This document shows, one piece after another, positions 1-10,120 of a DNA stretch of 64,000 nucleotides (the first letter of the stretch is position 1; each line of letters starts with the position of its first letter). The DNA is from an uncultured delta proteobacterium. Its GTDB lineage: Bacteria; Myxococcota_A; UBA9160; UBA4427. The position numbers and the translations under genes are program-made. Below the pieces are notes generated by a model. That model made no database searches. It saw only the letters and a list, made by a program, of their open reading frames with translations, and was not told the DNA's origin. The stretch spans positions 832,001-896,000 of the forward strand of contig CAWGJT010000010.1 in the NCBI GenBank assembly GCA_963822965.1. The letters are read 5' to 3'.

Positions 1-330
1 GAGCGGGCACGCACGCGGGAGGCCCTCGAGGCCACCCGCGCCGGGAGCTTCGCCGGTCGTCGCTACGGCGAGCTGTCCGGCGGCCAGCGCCAGCGCATCC
101 TGATCGCCCGGGCGCTGGCCACGCAGCCGTCGCTGCTGCTGCTCGACGAGCCGACGGCGGGTGTCGACCCGGAGACCGAGGAGTCGATCGTGGCCGTGCT
201 GCACGCCTTGCGGCACCAGCACCGCATCGCGATCTGGATGGTCACGCACCAGCTCCAGGCCGTGATCGGGCGGGTCGACCGCATGCTCGAGCTGAAGGAA
301 GGGCGACTGGGCCCGGGGAGTGCTCCGTAA
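1..330 (+). CDS. Metal (Zn/Mn) ABC transporter ATP-binding subunit, C-terminal part (5' end outside window)
   Basis: Frame 1 reads ...[33 protein letters not shown]...MVTH...; ABC signature, Walker B and H-loop; TAA at 328-330 overlaps next ATG. Not in the ORF track. Confidence 0.9.
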   Translation, partial: ERARTREALEATRAGSFAGRRYGELSGGQRQRILIARALATQPSLLLLDEPTAGVDPETEESIVAVLHALRHQHRIAIWMVTHQLQAVIGRVDRMLELKEGRLGPGSAP

Positions 331-1805
331 TGGACGAGCTGTTCGGGCCTGTTTCGCAACGCGGTGCTCGGGGGTCTCCTGGTGGCGATCCTGTGCAGCC
401 TGCTCGGCGTCTACGTGGTGCTGCGGCGGCTGGTGCTGCTGGGCGTGGCGCTGCCCCAGGCCGGTGCCGCCGGCATCGCCGCCGCCTTCTGGCTCACCGG
501 GCACGCCCACCACGCGGGCAGCGGTCACGCGAGCGCGCTCGCCGGCTCGCTGGTGGCGACGTTCGGCACCCTGGCGCTGCTGGTGCTCGGCCAGCGAGGC
601 GCGAGCTCGCCCACCGAGTGGCGGCGTGGGCGCGCTCTTCGCGATCGCGTCGGCCGCCACCGTGCTCTTCGTCGCGCTGAATCCCACGGGCGATCTGGAG
701 ATGACGAATCTCCTGCGAGGCGAGCTGCTGGCGCTCGGCGACCGCGACCTCGCGGTGCTCGCGGTCGCCACCGGCGTCGGGCTGGTGGTGTTCTTCGCGT
801 TCCGCCGGGAGATCCTGCTGGCGTCGTTCGACCCCGAGTTCGCCCGCACCATCGGGCGCGACCCCCGGCGAGGCGACGCGCTGCTGTTCGGGCTGCTCGG
901 GCGGGGGCATCGCCCTCGGCGTGATGGACGCGGGTCCGCTCGTGGTGTTCGGCTTTCTGGTGCTGCCGGCCCTGACGGCGCTGCGGGTGGCGCCCGGGCT
1001 CGGCGCGGCCATGGTGATCGCGGTGGCGGTCGGCGCCTTCTCGTCCGTGGGAGGCTTCGTCCTGGCCTATCGCGCCGACGTGCCGACGGGCCCCGCGAGC
1101 GTCGCCCTGGCTGCGGCCTGCTGGCTGGGGGTCTCGGGCCTGGCCCGCCTCGGTCGGTGGCTCCGCCGGGGTCGGGCCGCACGCGCGAGCCAGGTGGCGC
1201 TGGTGTTGCTGATCGGGGTCTGCTTGGCCGCGGTGCCGGGATGTGGCGGCCTCTTCGGCGCGCGGGTCGACGACTCCCCGCTGCCGGGGGGCACCTTGCC
1301 CGACCTGTCCGATCGGGGTCCCGTCTCGGTGGCGCGATTCCGCAACGAGACCGCCACGCCGCTGCGCATTCCGAGCGGCAACCCCATCCGGGAGACCGAG
1401 CGCGCCGTCGGCCGTGCTCCCGCCGACGACTGGACCGTGCCCGACGCCCTCCAGCAGCACGCCGTCCACGAGCTCGCGCGACGCGGCGTGGCGGTGCGGG
1501 GCTTCGACGAGGACCGCATCACCCTCGTCGACGTGCCCCGAGACCCCGCAGACGCGGCGCGCCTCGCCAGCGCGGCCGGAGTGGACGGCCCGGTGCTCTT
1601 CGGCCGGCTCGACCGGTACACGTTCACGCAGACCGGTCTGCTGCTCGTGCGGCTCGAGCTGTGGCTCGTCGATCCCGCCAGCGGCGACGTCCTGTGGCAG
1701 GGAAGCGCACATCGGCCGGTGTCCGTGCGGAGCACCCTCAGCGCCCAGGAGCTCGTCCTCGACGCGGCGCCTCGGATCTTCGCCGAGGCGTTCGGCAGCG
1801 GCTGA
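330..1805 (+). CDS. Metal ABC transporter permease (ABC-3/ZnuB-like) with C-terminal lipoprotein-like domain; three +1 frameshifts in this sequence
   Basis: Pieces in three frames join into one permease (MDELFG/LFRNAVLGGLLVAILCSLLGVYVVLRR..., VGALFAIASA...LLASFDPEFAR..., GPLVVFGFLVLPALTA...PTGP) if one G is removed at each of ~345-347, ~623-624 and ~899-901; follows an ABC ATPase. Confidence 0.8.
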
Positions 1806-1809
1806 CGCG

Positions 1810-2580
1810 TCAGAGGGAGAGCGGCAGCTCCAGGTGCTCGGCATAGATGCGATCGCGGTGCTCGAGCAGGATCGGGTCGAGCGCGGCGTCGATCTGCTCG
1901 TCGCGGGCGGTGAAGGCCGCGCGCAGGGCGTCGGGCATCGGACACTGATCGGGCGGAAGCGGCTCGAACAGGGCCATGAAGGCCGCGCTGTAGAGGTCCA
2001 CCGCCGTGAGCGAGTCGCCCAGGTAGTAGCCGCTGCCGGCGTCGCGCTGGGCGCGCAGCCGGGCGGAGAGCATCGCGAGGATCTCGGCCACCCGGCGGTC
2101 GTAGAGCTCGGCGTCCTCTTCTCGATAGCCGTACTTGTCCGCCAGATAGCGGGCGACGCCCGGCGAGAACCCCGGCCCGCCCTGCAGGCCCGAGTGAACC
2201 CCCGCGTTGCGCCGACACCAGCCGAGGCCCATCTCCCCGCAGATCTCGTGGGAAAGGCCCATGGCCAGCGCCCGCTCGCCGGCGTCGGCCGGCAGCAGCC
2301 GGGGCTTCGGCGCCAGTCGCTCCCCCAGCAGCAGGATCTGCGACCACGATCCGCGCGGCGGCTCCCGGTCGAAGACGGCCACGGGGCCGCTGCGCTCCCC
2401 CGCCCACTCGGCGAGGGCCGCGTTGGCGGGATCCAGCCGGACGGCCACCCAGGGAATGCGCTTGGTATGCAGGATTCCCTTGGCGGCCTCGCCCCACGGG
2501 CTCGGCACGCCCGAGACGACCACCATGCGCAGGCCGTCCCGATCCCGGGCGGCTTCGAACTCGACGAACTCGACGGGCAT
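1810..2580 (-). CDS. Glutathione S-transferase-like protein
   Basis: N-terminal VPSPWGEAAKG motif, C-terminal YYLGDSLTAVDLY; GGAGG upstream of ATG 2580. Confidence 0.7.
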   Translation of the reverse strand: MPVEFVEFEAARDRDGLRMVVVSGVPSPWGEAAKGILHTKRIPWVAVRLDPANAALAEWAGERSGPVAVFDREPPRGSWSQILLLGERLAPKPRLLPADAGERALAMGLSHEICGEMGLGWCRRNAGVHSGLQGGPGFSPGVARYLADKYGYREEDAELYDRRVAEILAMLSARLRAQRDAGSGYYLGDSLTAVDLYSAAFMALFEPLPPDQCPMPDALRAAFTARDEQIDAALDPILLEHRDRIYAEHLELPLSL

Positions 2581-2696
2581 GTCGCGGATCTCCTCCGGGC
2601 GCGCGCGTCGATTGTCCACGAAACCCGAAGCCCCGCCAGGGCGCGCCAGGCGCCCGACTTGACCGTCGAGGCGGCCTCGTCTTCCATCGCCCGCGG

Positions 2697-4043
2697 ATGC
2701 ACGCCTTCCGTCGCTTCCGCGCTACGACCTCGCTCCTGCTGCTGGCGATCGCTTCGCCCGTGGCGGTCGCTTGCCGTCCCCCGCCGGCGCCGCGGACCGT
2801 CGTGCTGGTGGTGGTCGACACGCTGCGGGCCGACCGACTCGGGCTCTACGGCAACTCGAGGCCCACGAGCCCGCGCCTCGACGAGCTGGGCCGCGACGCG
2901 ATCGTGTACCGGCGCGCCTACGCCCAGGCGCCCTGGACGACGGCCTCCATCGCGTCGCTCCTGACGTCCCGCTTCCCCCGTACCCTGGGCATCGCCCAGG
3001 AGAGCTCGATCCTCGACGAGCGTTGGACGCTGCTCCCCGAGCTCTTTCGCGCGGCCGGCTACCGGACCGGGGCGGTGGTGAGTCACACGTTCTGCTCGCG
3101 GCGCTGGGGATTCGGCCAGGGCTTCGAGAGCTTCGACGAGAGCAACGTCGGCGCGCCCGAAGACGCCATCGCTCCGGGCGTGAGCGACGCCGGGATCGCG
3201 TTCCTGGAGGCGCATCCGGATGAGCCCGTCTTCCTCTTCCTGCACTACTTCGACCCACACTTCAGCTACGTGGAGCACGAGGGCTTCCGGTTCGCTCCGG
3301 CGCCGGGCTACCAGGGGCCGATCGCGGATCGGGTGCGGGCCCCCTCGCTCCGGCGCCTGCGGGATGGCCTGTCCCAGGCCGACGTGCACGAGATGCAGCG
3401 GGTCTACGATTCGGAGGTGGCCTGGGTCGACCACCACATCGGGCGCGTGCTCGACGCGCTGCGCCGGAGCGGGCGCTACGCCGGGGCGGCCATCGTCGTG
3501 ACCGCGGACCACGGCGAGGAGTTCCTCGACCACGGGAGCCTCGGGCACGGGCGCACCCTCTACGACGAGCAGCTCCACGTGCCGCTTCTCGTGAAGCTGC
3601 CCGGGCGCGCACCCGGGCTCGTCGACGATCCGGTGGCGCTGCTGGACGTCTTCCCCACCCTGGCTTCGGTGGCGGGGCTGTCGCTCGACGGCGGGGAGCG
3701 GGGCGTCGACCTGCTCGATCGCGAGCCGCCGGACCCGCGTCCGCTCTTCGCGGAGACGGAGCGCTTCGGCCGCTTCCGGAGCGTACGCCTGGGGGCCTTC
3801 AAGCTGATCGAGAACACCCGGACCGGGGCCGTCCAGCTCTTCGATCTGCAGCAAGACCCGGACGAGCGGCGCAATCTCGCGGAGCACGATCGACGACGCC
3901 TGAGCGAGCTCGAGAACGCACTCGAGCAGTGGCGGGTCGCCACGCCCCGGGGCCCGGTGCATCGGGAGATCGACCTCTCGGCCGAGGAGCGCGAGCGTCT
4001 GAAGGCCCTGGGCTATCTGGAAGGCCCGGACGACGGCGGCTGA
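2697..4043 (+). CDS. Exported sulfatase-like hydrolase (alkaline phosphatase superfamily), probable lipoprotein
   Basis: VVDTLRAD, HYFDPH, TADHGEEF, HGRTLY, LFDLQQDPDE motifs; signal peptide ending AVAC. Confidence 0.85.
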   Translation: MHAFRRFRATTSLLLLAIASPVAVACRPPPAPRTVVLVVVDTLRADRLGLYGNSRPTSPRLDELGRDAIVYRRAYAQAPWTTASIASLLTSRFPRTLGIAQESSILDERWTLLPELFRAAGYRTGAVVSHTFCSRRWGFGQGFESFDESNVGAPEDAIAPGVSDAGIAFLEAHPDEPVFLFLHYFDPHFSYVEHEGFRFAPAPGYQGPIADRVRAPSLRRLRDGLSQADVHEMQRVYDSEVAWVDHHIGRVLDALRRSGRYAGAAIVVTADHGEEFLDHGSLGHGRTLYDEQLHVPLLVKLPGRAPGLVDDPVALLDVFPTLASVAGLSLDGGERGVDLLDREPPDPRPLFAETERFGRFRSVRLGAFKLIENTRTGAVQLFDLQQDPDERRNLAEHDRRRLSELENALEQWRVATPRGPVHREIDLSAEERERLKALGYLEGPDDGG

Positions 4044-4067
4044 GCGGCAGCCGCCGAGCCGCGTGGG

Positions 4068-5876
4068 CTACGACGCGTCGGCCTGCAGCCTCGCCTCCAG
4101 CTGGTCGAGCTCGTCCGACAGCTCGTTCGGAAGACGCACGCCGAACTTCTCGTAGTACTCCCGGATCAGCGGGATCTCGGCGAGCCAGCCTTCGATGTCC
4201 ACCGCCAGCAGCTCGGCGAGATCGTCGTGGTCGATGGCGAGCCCGGAGAGGTCGAGCTCGCCGGCCGCGGGTACGATGCCGATCGCCGTCTCGAGGCCGG
4301 GCTGCTTGTCGCCGCAGCGCTCGAAGACCCACTTGAGCACGCGGCTGTTGTCGCCGAAGCCGGGCCACAGGAAGTCGCCGCCGCTGCTCTTGCGGAACCA
4401 GTTGACGTAGTAGATGCGGGGCAGCTTGGCGCCTTCGCGGCGCCCGATCTCGAGCCAGTGCGCCCAGTAGTCGGCCATGTTGTATCCGCAGAAGGGCAGC
4501 ATGGCCATCGGGTCGCGCCGCAGCTCGCCCACCTTGCCGGCTGCGGCGGCCGTCTTCTCGCTCGAGATGATCGAGCCGAGGAAGGTGCCGTGCTGCCAGC
4601 TGCGCGACTCGTGGACGAGGGGCACCACCGTCGCGCGCCGCCCGCCGAAGAGGATGGCGCTGATGGGCACGCCCTTCGGATCCTCCCACTCGGGCGCGAT
4701 CACCGGGCACTGGCCCGCCGGCGCCGTGAAGCGGGCGTTCGGGTGGGCCGCGGGCGTCTTGCTGCCCGGTGCCCAGTCGTTGCCCCGCCAGTCGATCAGG
4801 TGCGCCGGAGGCGGCTCGCTGAGACCCTCCCACCACACGTCGCCGTCGTCGGTCAGGGCCACGTTCGTGAAGATGCAGTTCTTCTTCAGTCCGAGCATGG
4901 CGTTCGGGTTCGAATGCATGCCCGTTCCCGGCGCCACCCCGAAGAAGCCCGCCTCGGGGTTGATGGCATAGAGCCGCCCGTCCTCGCCGAACTTCATCCA
5001 GGCGATGTCGTCGCCGATGGTCTCGACCTTCCAGCCCGGGACCGTCGGGTTGAGCATGGCCAGGTTGGTCTTGCCGCAGGCGCTCGGGAAGGCGGCGGCC
5101 AGGTAGCGCACCTCGCTCTCCGGCGACGTGAGCTTCAGGATGAGCATGTGCTCGGCGAGCCAGCCCTCGTCCCGGGCCATGGTCGAGGCGATGCGCAGCG
5201 CGAAGCACTTCTTGCCGAGCAGCGCGTTGCCCCCGTAGCCCGAGCCGTAGCTCCAGATCTCCCGGGTCTCGGGGAAGTGCACGATGTACTTGTTGTCGCC
5301 GTTGCACGGCCAGGCCACGTCCGCCTCGCCGGGTGCGAGGGGGTGGCCCACCGAGTGCAGGCACGGGACGAAGGCGCCGTCGTCTCCGATCAGCTCGAGG
5401 ACCTTCGAGCCCATCCGGGTCATGGTGCGCATGCTGGCCACCACGTAGGGCGAGTCCGTGATCTGGACGCCGATGTGCGCGATGTGGGAGCCGAGGGGCC
5501 CCATGCTGAAGGGAACGACGAAGAGGGTGCGGCCGCGCATGCTGCCCTGGAAGAGGCCGCGCAGGGTGACCTTCATCTCGGCCGGGTCGCACCAATTGTT
5601 GGTGGGGCCGGCGTCGTCCTTCTTCTCGCAGCAGATGAAGGTGCGGTCCTCCACCCGGGCCACGTCCGCCGGGTCGGACAGGACGAGATAGCTGTTGGCG
5701 CGCTTGGACTCGTTCAGCCGGCGAGCGGTTCCGGTCGCCAGCATCCGCTCGAACATCGCGTCGTACTCGGCCTGGGAGCCGTCGCACCAGTGGATGGCGT
5801 CGGGCTGGGTGAGGGAGGCGACTTCGTCGACCCAGGCGAGGAGTCGAGCGTTGCGGGTGGGCGCGTCGGTCTTCAT
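4068..5876 (-). CDS. pckG: Phosphoenolpyruvate carboxykinase (GTP)
   Basis: [52 protein letters not shown] motifs. Confidence 0.97.
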   Translation of the reverse strand: MKTDAPTRNARLLAWVDEVASLTQPDAIHWCDGSQAEYDAMFERMLATGTARRLNESKRANSYLVLSDPADVARVEDRTFICCEKKDDAGPTNNWCDPAEMKVTLRGLFQGSMRGRTLFVVPFSMGPLGSHIAHIGVQITDSPYVVASMRTMTRMGSKVLELIGDDGAFVPCLHSVGHPLAPGEADVAWPCNGDNKYIVHFPETREIWSYGSGYGGNALLGKKCFALRIASTMARDEGWLAEHMLILKLTSPESEVRYLAAAFPSACGKTNLAMLNPTVPGWKVETIGDDIAWMKFGEDGRLYAINPEAGFFGVAPGTGMHSNPNAMLGLKKNCIFTNVALTDDGDVWWEGLSEPPPAHLIDWRGNDWAPGSKTPAAHPNARFTAPAGQCPVIAPEWEDPKGVPISAILFGGRRATVVPLVHESRSWQHGTFLGSIISSEKTAAAAGKVGELRRDPMAMLPFCGYNMADYWAHWLEIGRREGAKLPRIYYVNWFRKSSGGDFLWPGFGDNSRVLKWVFERCGDKQPGLETAIGIVPAAGELDLSGLAIDHDDLAELLAVDIEGWLAEIPLIREYYEKFGVRLPNELSDELDQLEARLQADAS

Positions 5877-6019
5877 GGTTTGCTTGGCCTCGAATCGCTT
5901 CGGAATCGGTGATGTGGCGGCGCCACGGGGTGGTCCCGAAGCCCGTGCTGTATGTGGCCCCGGACGACCGAACGGTGACCCCGGTCGAGGTCGCTGAGCG
6001 GAGTTCCGCAGGCCGGTTC

Positions 6020-6095
6020 AGGCTCTTCTCTCGGATCCCTCTCTCGGCTCTTTGCCGGCTCTCTCACGGCTCTCTCACGGTCTACTTACGGTCCT
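6020..6095. repeat. Degenerate 11-bp tandem repeat (CGGCTCTCTCA-like) upstream of pckG
   Basis: CGG recurs at 6045, 6056, 6067, 6078, 6089; two identical CGGCTCTCTCA units (6056, 6067); looser units at 6020 and 6032. Confidence 0.7.
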
Positions 6096-6285
6096 GGCTT
6101 GCCGTCGAGCCGAACCGTCCCCCGTGCCGGCGAGGAAGACAATTACAGCCGGGAATGAGCGATTTCGGAAGGGGGTGCAACAATTCTTTCCCCCTGGCCC
6201 GGGGGCCCGTTCGGTGGTCTGGGCTCCCCGGAGGGTTCCGCTGCCGGGATGCTCGTGCAACCCCGGGGGCCTGCCTGTGCGGGGA

Positions 6286-7164
6286 TCAGTCCGTGTCCGG
6301 CTCGTCCGGCAGGAGTCCCATCGCGCGCGCGCGTTCCAGCTCCTGCCGGTAGCCGGGATTCGGACGGCACGTGTGCTTCGAGGCGCCGGTGGAGAGCAGC
6401 CGGCCGTCGCGGGTCCACAGGCGCGAGACGCAGCCCACCAGCCCGTCGCGCGCCAGCGGCACGTGGCCGTCGGCGAGCATCCAGGTCTCGGCGGGTGCGA
6501 AGCGATGGAACTGCACCATCAGGTCGAGGTTGGGTGCCAGGAAGCGGAACGGCCAGCGGTGGGCGGCGATGGTGGCGTTCCAGCCCGGCAGGTCGAGCCA
6601 GAACAGCTGACGGACGGCGTCCGCCTCGGCGTCGCCGACGGGGGTCTCCACCAGGCGCAGCCAGCACCGCCACACGGGATCGCCCGGAGGCTCGCGCCAC
6701 CGCAGGGGTCGGCCTTCGATGCTGCGCCAGATGGGATACCACTCGCCGTACTCGTCGCCCGCCAGCTCGCCGAAGCTGCGCAGGCGCTCGGGCGCCGGCA
6801 CGTCGGGGCCGCGAGTCACCTCGTGCTCGAAGCCGTCGAGCCCCTCGTCGACGGTCCAGACGCTGGCCGCGAGCAGCAGGCGCTCGTGCTGTCGCAGCTC
6901 CACGCGCAGGGACTCGGCCCGCCGGCCGCCTCCCTGCTGGACGACCGTCACGTCTACGGGCTCGAAGCTGCCGACGCTCAGGAAGTGGCAGTGGAAGCTG
7001 GCCGGCCGCGCGAAGCGGCTCTCGGCGAGCGCCGCGCGCAGTGCGATGGCCGCCACGTAGCCGCCATTGGGTCCCCAGACCGCCCAGTCCGGGGAGAGGG
7101 AGGCCGTGTAGGTCCCCGGCTGGCCGGCCGGCCGCACGGCGGTGTCGGCGATGAGGTCCGGCAA
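6286..7164 (-). CDS. Acyl-CoA thioesterase family protein (double hotdog fold)
   Basis: WAVWGPNGGY motif, NLDLMVQFH, LWTRDGRLL. Confidence 0.85.
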   Translation of the reverse strand: MPDLIADTAVRPAGQPGTYTASLSPDWAVWGPNGGYVAAIALRAALAESRFARPASFHCHFLSVGSFEPVDVTVVQQGGGRRAESLRVELRQHERLLLAASVWTVDEGLDGFEHEVTRGPDVPAPERLRSFGELAGDEYGEWYPIWRSIEGRPLRWREPPGDPVWRCWLRLVETPVGDAEADAVRQLFWLDLPGWNATIAAHRWPFRFLAPNLDLMVQFHRFAPAETWMLADGHVPLARDGLVGCVSRLWTRDGRLLSTGASKHTCRPNPGYRQELERARAMGLLPDEPDTD

Positions 7165-7333
7165 GCAGTCTCCCTGGACCGGCGTTCTTCCGGCGCGGGT
7201 CCGGCACGCGTCCCGCGGAGGATCCCCGTCCCGGCCGGCGGCTGCGGGGATGCTCTATCGTCGCACGCAAGCGCCAAGCCGGGGAGGGCCGGGTCCACGG
7301 CTACGAGCCGGACGAGCCCAGAGGAGACCCCCG

Positions 7334-8461
7334 ATGAGCGATCGCGACAGGACCGGAGAGCGGCCGCTCCGGGTGATCCAGTGGTCGACGGGGAATGCGG
7401 GGCGCCACGCGTTGCGGGGCATCGTTGGCCACCCCGACCTCGAGCTGGTGGGCGTGCACGCCCACGCACCGGACAAGGTCGGACGCGACGCCGCGGAGCT
7501 CGCGGGTCTCGATTCGCCCACGGGTGTGATCGCGACCGACGACGCCGAGGCGCTGCTGGCCCTCGACGCGGACTGCGTCTGCTACACCGCCCAGGGCGAG
7601 ACGCGAATCCGCGAGGCGGTGGGAGACCTGGCTCGCATCCTGACCGCGGGGCGGAACGTCGTGAGCACGTCGATCGTCTCGCTCGTGTACCCGCCCTTCG
7701 CGAGCCCGAAGCTGCGCGAGGTTCTCGAGAAGGCGTGCGCCGAGGGCGGCAGCACGCTCTTCACGTCGGGCTTCGACCCGGGCTGGTCGGGAGACGTCAT
7801 TCCCCTGGCGCTGGCGGCGTGCTGCGAGCGGGTGGACTCGATCCGGGTCTCCGAGCTGATGGACTACTCCACCTATCCCGATCCCGGCTTCACGGGGGTC
7901 TTCTTCGGCTTCGGGCGGCCGCTCGACTACGCGGCGCCGCTGCTGCAGCCCGGCATGTTGAAGGGGGGTTGGGGCGGCATGGTGCTCCTGCTCGCGGACG
8001 CGCTGGGCGTGCGCCTCGACGAGATCCGCGAGGAGCACGAACGCCTGCCGGCCCCCGAGACCTTCGACACCGCCATGGGACGGATCGAGGCGGGAACCTG
8101 CGCGGGCGTCCGATTCGAGGTGCAGGGGATCGTCGACGGGAGGCCGGCTCTGGTGGCGGCCCACGTGAACCGCCTGCGCGACGACATCGGGCCGGACTGG
8201 GCGCGGCTGTCCGCCGGCAAGCACTCGGGCTACCAGATGGAGGTGTCGGGCTCTCCCTCGTTCCGTTGCGAGATCGAGCCCGTGGGCGAGGACGGCGACC
8301 ACAACAGCGCCGGCATCCTGGGAACCGCGATGCGGGTGGTGAATGCCATCCCGGTGGTCTGCGCCCACGAGCCGGGAATGGTCTCCCCCCTGGACCTGCC
8401 GCTGTTCACGGCGCGGGGCCTGGGCGGACGGAGAGCCGCGCGAAGGGAGGGACGGCAATGA
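7334..8461 (+). CDS. Dihydrodipicolinate reductase-like / NAD(P)H-dependent amine dehydrogenase family protein
   Basis: VIQWSTGNAG, KVGRDAAEL, SGFDPGW, TAMRVVNAIP; GAGGAG before ATG 7334. Confidence 0.8.
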   Translation: MSDRDRTGERPLRVIQWSTGNAGRHALRGIVGHPDLELVGVHAHAPDKVGRDAAELAGLDSPTGVIATDDAEALLALDADCVCYTAQGETRIREAVGDLARILTAGRNVVSTSIVSLVYPPFASPKLREVLEKACAEGGSTLFTSGFDPGWSGDVIPLALAACCERVDSIRVSELMDYSTYPDPGFTGVFFGFGRPLDYAAPLLQPGMLKGGWGGMVLLLADALGVRLDEIREEHERLPAPETFDTAMGRIEAGTCAGVRFEVQGIVDGRPALVAAHVNRLRDDIGPDWARLSAGKHSGYQMEVSGSPSFRCEIEPVGEDGDHNSAGILGTAMRVVNAIPVVCAHEPGMVSPLDLPLFTARGLGGRRAARREGRQ

Positions 8462-8955
8462 CCGAGACGAGCAAGGCGCCGCGGCCGATCAGCGAGCGAC
8501 AGATGCGGATCATGAAGGCCGTAATGGGACCCTTCTCCCGGTGGCAGGCTCGCCGCTACCTGCGCTCGGGCGGGCGCAAGATGGGGGCGTTCCTGGGGCG
8601 CGACATCTGCGTGGTCACCATGAAGGGGGCGCGCAGCGGGAAGACCCGACACGTTCCCCTCATGTACGTCCCGTACCAGGGGCCGGCGGGCGAGGGCGTC
8701 ATCCTGGTGGCCTCCCTGGGCGGGGCTCCCCGGCATCCCACCTGGTACTACAACGTCGTCGCCCACCCCGACATCGAGGTGCAGGTGAAGGGCCGCAGCC
8801 TCTCGCTGCACGCACGGCGGGCGTCGCCGGAGGAGAAGGCGCGGGTGTGGCCGCTGTGCATCGAGCACTACCCGGACTACCAGACCTACCAGGACCGGAC
8901 GAGCCGGGACATCCCCGTGTTCATCTGCGAGCCGCGGGGTGCGTCGGAGTCGTGA
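8458..8955 (+). CDS. Deazaflavin (F420)-dependent nitroreductase family protein (Ddn/FDOR-A like)
   Basis: GARSGKTRHVPL, VASLGGAPRHPTWYYN, YQDRTSRDIPVF; ATGA overlap with upstream gene. Confidence 0.9.
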   Translation: MTETSKAPRPISERQMRIMKAVMGPFSRWQARRYLRSGGRKMGAFLGRDICVVTMKGARSGKTRHVPLMYVPYQGPAGEGVILVASLGGAPRHPTWYYNVVAHPDIEVQVKGRSLSLHARRASPEEKARVWPLCIEHYPDYQTYQDRTSRDIPVFICEPRGASES

Positions 8956-10076
8956 CGGCGCGACCGGGTCTGGAAGCCCTCCGGGTGCTCGCCGGCGAGC
9001 CGGCTCGGGCCTGCGCGTTGCCCGGAGAATGCTATCTGGATCCGGGCTTCTTCGAGCTCGAGCTCGAGAAGGTTCTGAGGCCCGGGTGGCACGCCGTCGC
9101 CCACGCGAGCCAGCTCGCCGAGCCCGGCGACTACCGCTCGGTGGATCTGCTCGGCACCCCGCTGCTCGTGCTGCGCGACGAGAGCCGCCGGCTGCGCGCC
9201 TTCTCCCGTGTCTGCCTGCACCGGGCTTTGCCCATCGTCGAGGGGGCGGGCAACACGCGCCGCTTCTCCTGCCCCTATCACCGCTGGGCCTACGACCTCG
9301 ACGGGCGCCTGCGGGCCGCGCCCTCGATGAACGAGGTGCCGGGCTTCGATCGCGACGCCTGCCGACTGCCGGAGCTGCCGATCGAGGAGTGGCAGGGCTT
9401 CGCGTTCGTCTCCCTCGACCCGACCGCGGAGTCCCTGTCGGCGAGGCTCGGCCCGCTCACGGGGATGCTGGCGCCGGAGCCCTTCGACGAGCTGGTGGTG
9501 ATCGGCTCCCTGGCCTTCGACTCGCCCTTCAACTGGAAGGTGCTGGTGGAGAACTTCGTCGAGTCCTATCACCACCAGGGTCCGCACCTCGAGACCCTGC
9601 AGCCCACGAACCCCGCCGCCGGCACCCATGCCGTCCAGCTCGACGCGCCCGTCGCCCTGATCGAGAACCCGGCGGTGGAGGGCGCGCAGCCGTTCTGGGC
9701 GGGGCTCGTGTTCCCGACGTTCCTGTTCGCCTATTTCCGCACGGGCCCGACCGAGACGGCCCGCACGGGCGGACCCGCGGATCTGCCGATCGCTTCCTGG
9801 TACGAGATGGAGATCGACCGTCACGACCACTTCGGTCTGCGCATCCACATGCTGGCGCCGGCGGCCGTGGCCGGGAATCCCGATGCGGTCGCAGGCATCC
9901 TGCAGGCCGCGGAGCGCGTGCACCGTGAGGATCTCCCCATGTGCCTGGGGGTGCAGCACGGGCTGCACAGCGCGCTCTGGCGTCCCGGCCGGCTGGCGCC
10001 CCAGGAAGGGGCAGTCTGGCAATTCCACCGGCTGCTGCGCGCCGCACTGCTGACCCCCGCGCCGGAGTGGGTGTAG
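8952..10076 (+). CDS. Rieske non-heme iron oxygenase, alpha subunit
   Basis: CLH...CPYH Rieske ligands; NWKVLVENFVESYHHQGPH iron site; GTGA overlap. Confidence 0.9.
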   Translation: MTARPGLEALRVLAGEPARACALPGECYLDPGFFELELEKVLRPGWHAVAHASQLAEPGDYRSVDLLGTPLLVLRDESRRLRAFSRVCLHRALPIVEGAGNTRRFSCPYHRWAYDLDGRLRAAPSMNEVPGFDRDACRLPELPIEEWQGFAFVSLDPTAESLSARLGPLTGMLAPEPFDELVVIGSLAFDSPFNWKVLVENFVESYHHQGPHLETLQPTNPAAGTHAVQLDAPVALIENPAVEGAQPFWAGLVFPTFLFAYFRTGPTETARTGGPADLPIASWYEMEIDRHDHFGLRIHMLAPAAVAGNPDAVAGILQAAERVHREDLPMCLGVQHGLHSALWRPGRLAPQEGAVWQFHRLLRAALLTPAPEWV

Positions 10077-10120
10077 CCGGGCCCTCGGTCCGGAGCCCTT
10101 CGGCACCCCGGCGCTTCGGC

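Noticed and set aside
345..901. Programmed ribosomal frameshifting in the permease
   Set aside because: Three shifts would be needed and there are no slippery heptamers; sequence error is simpler
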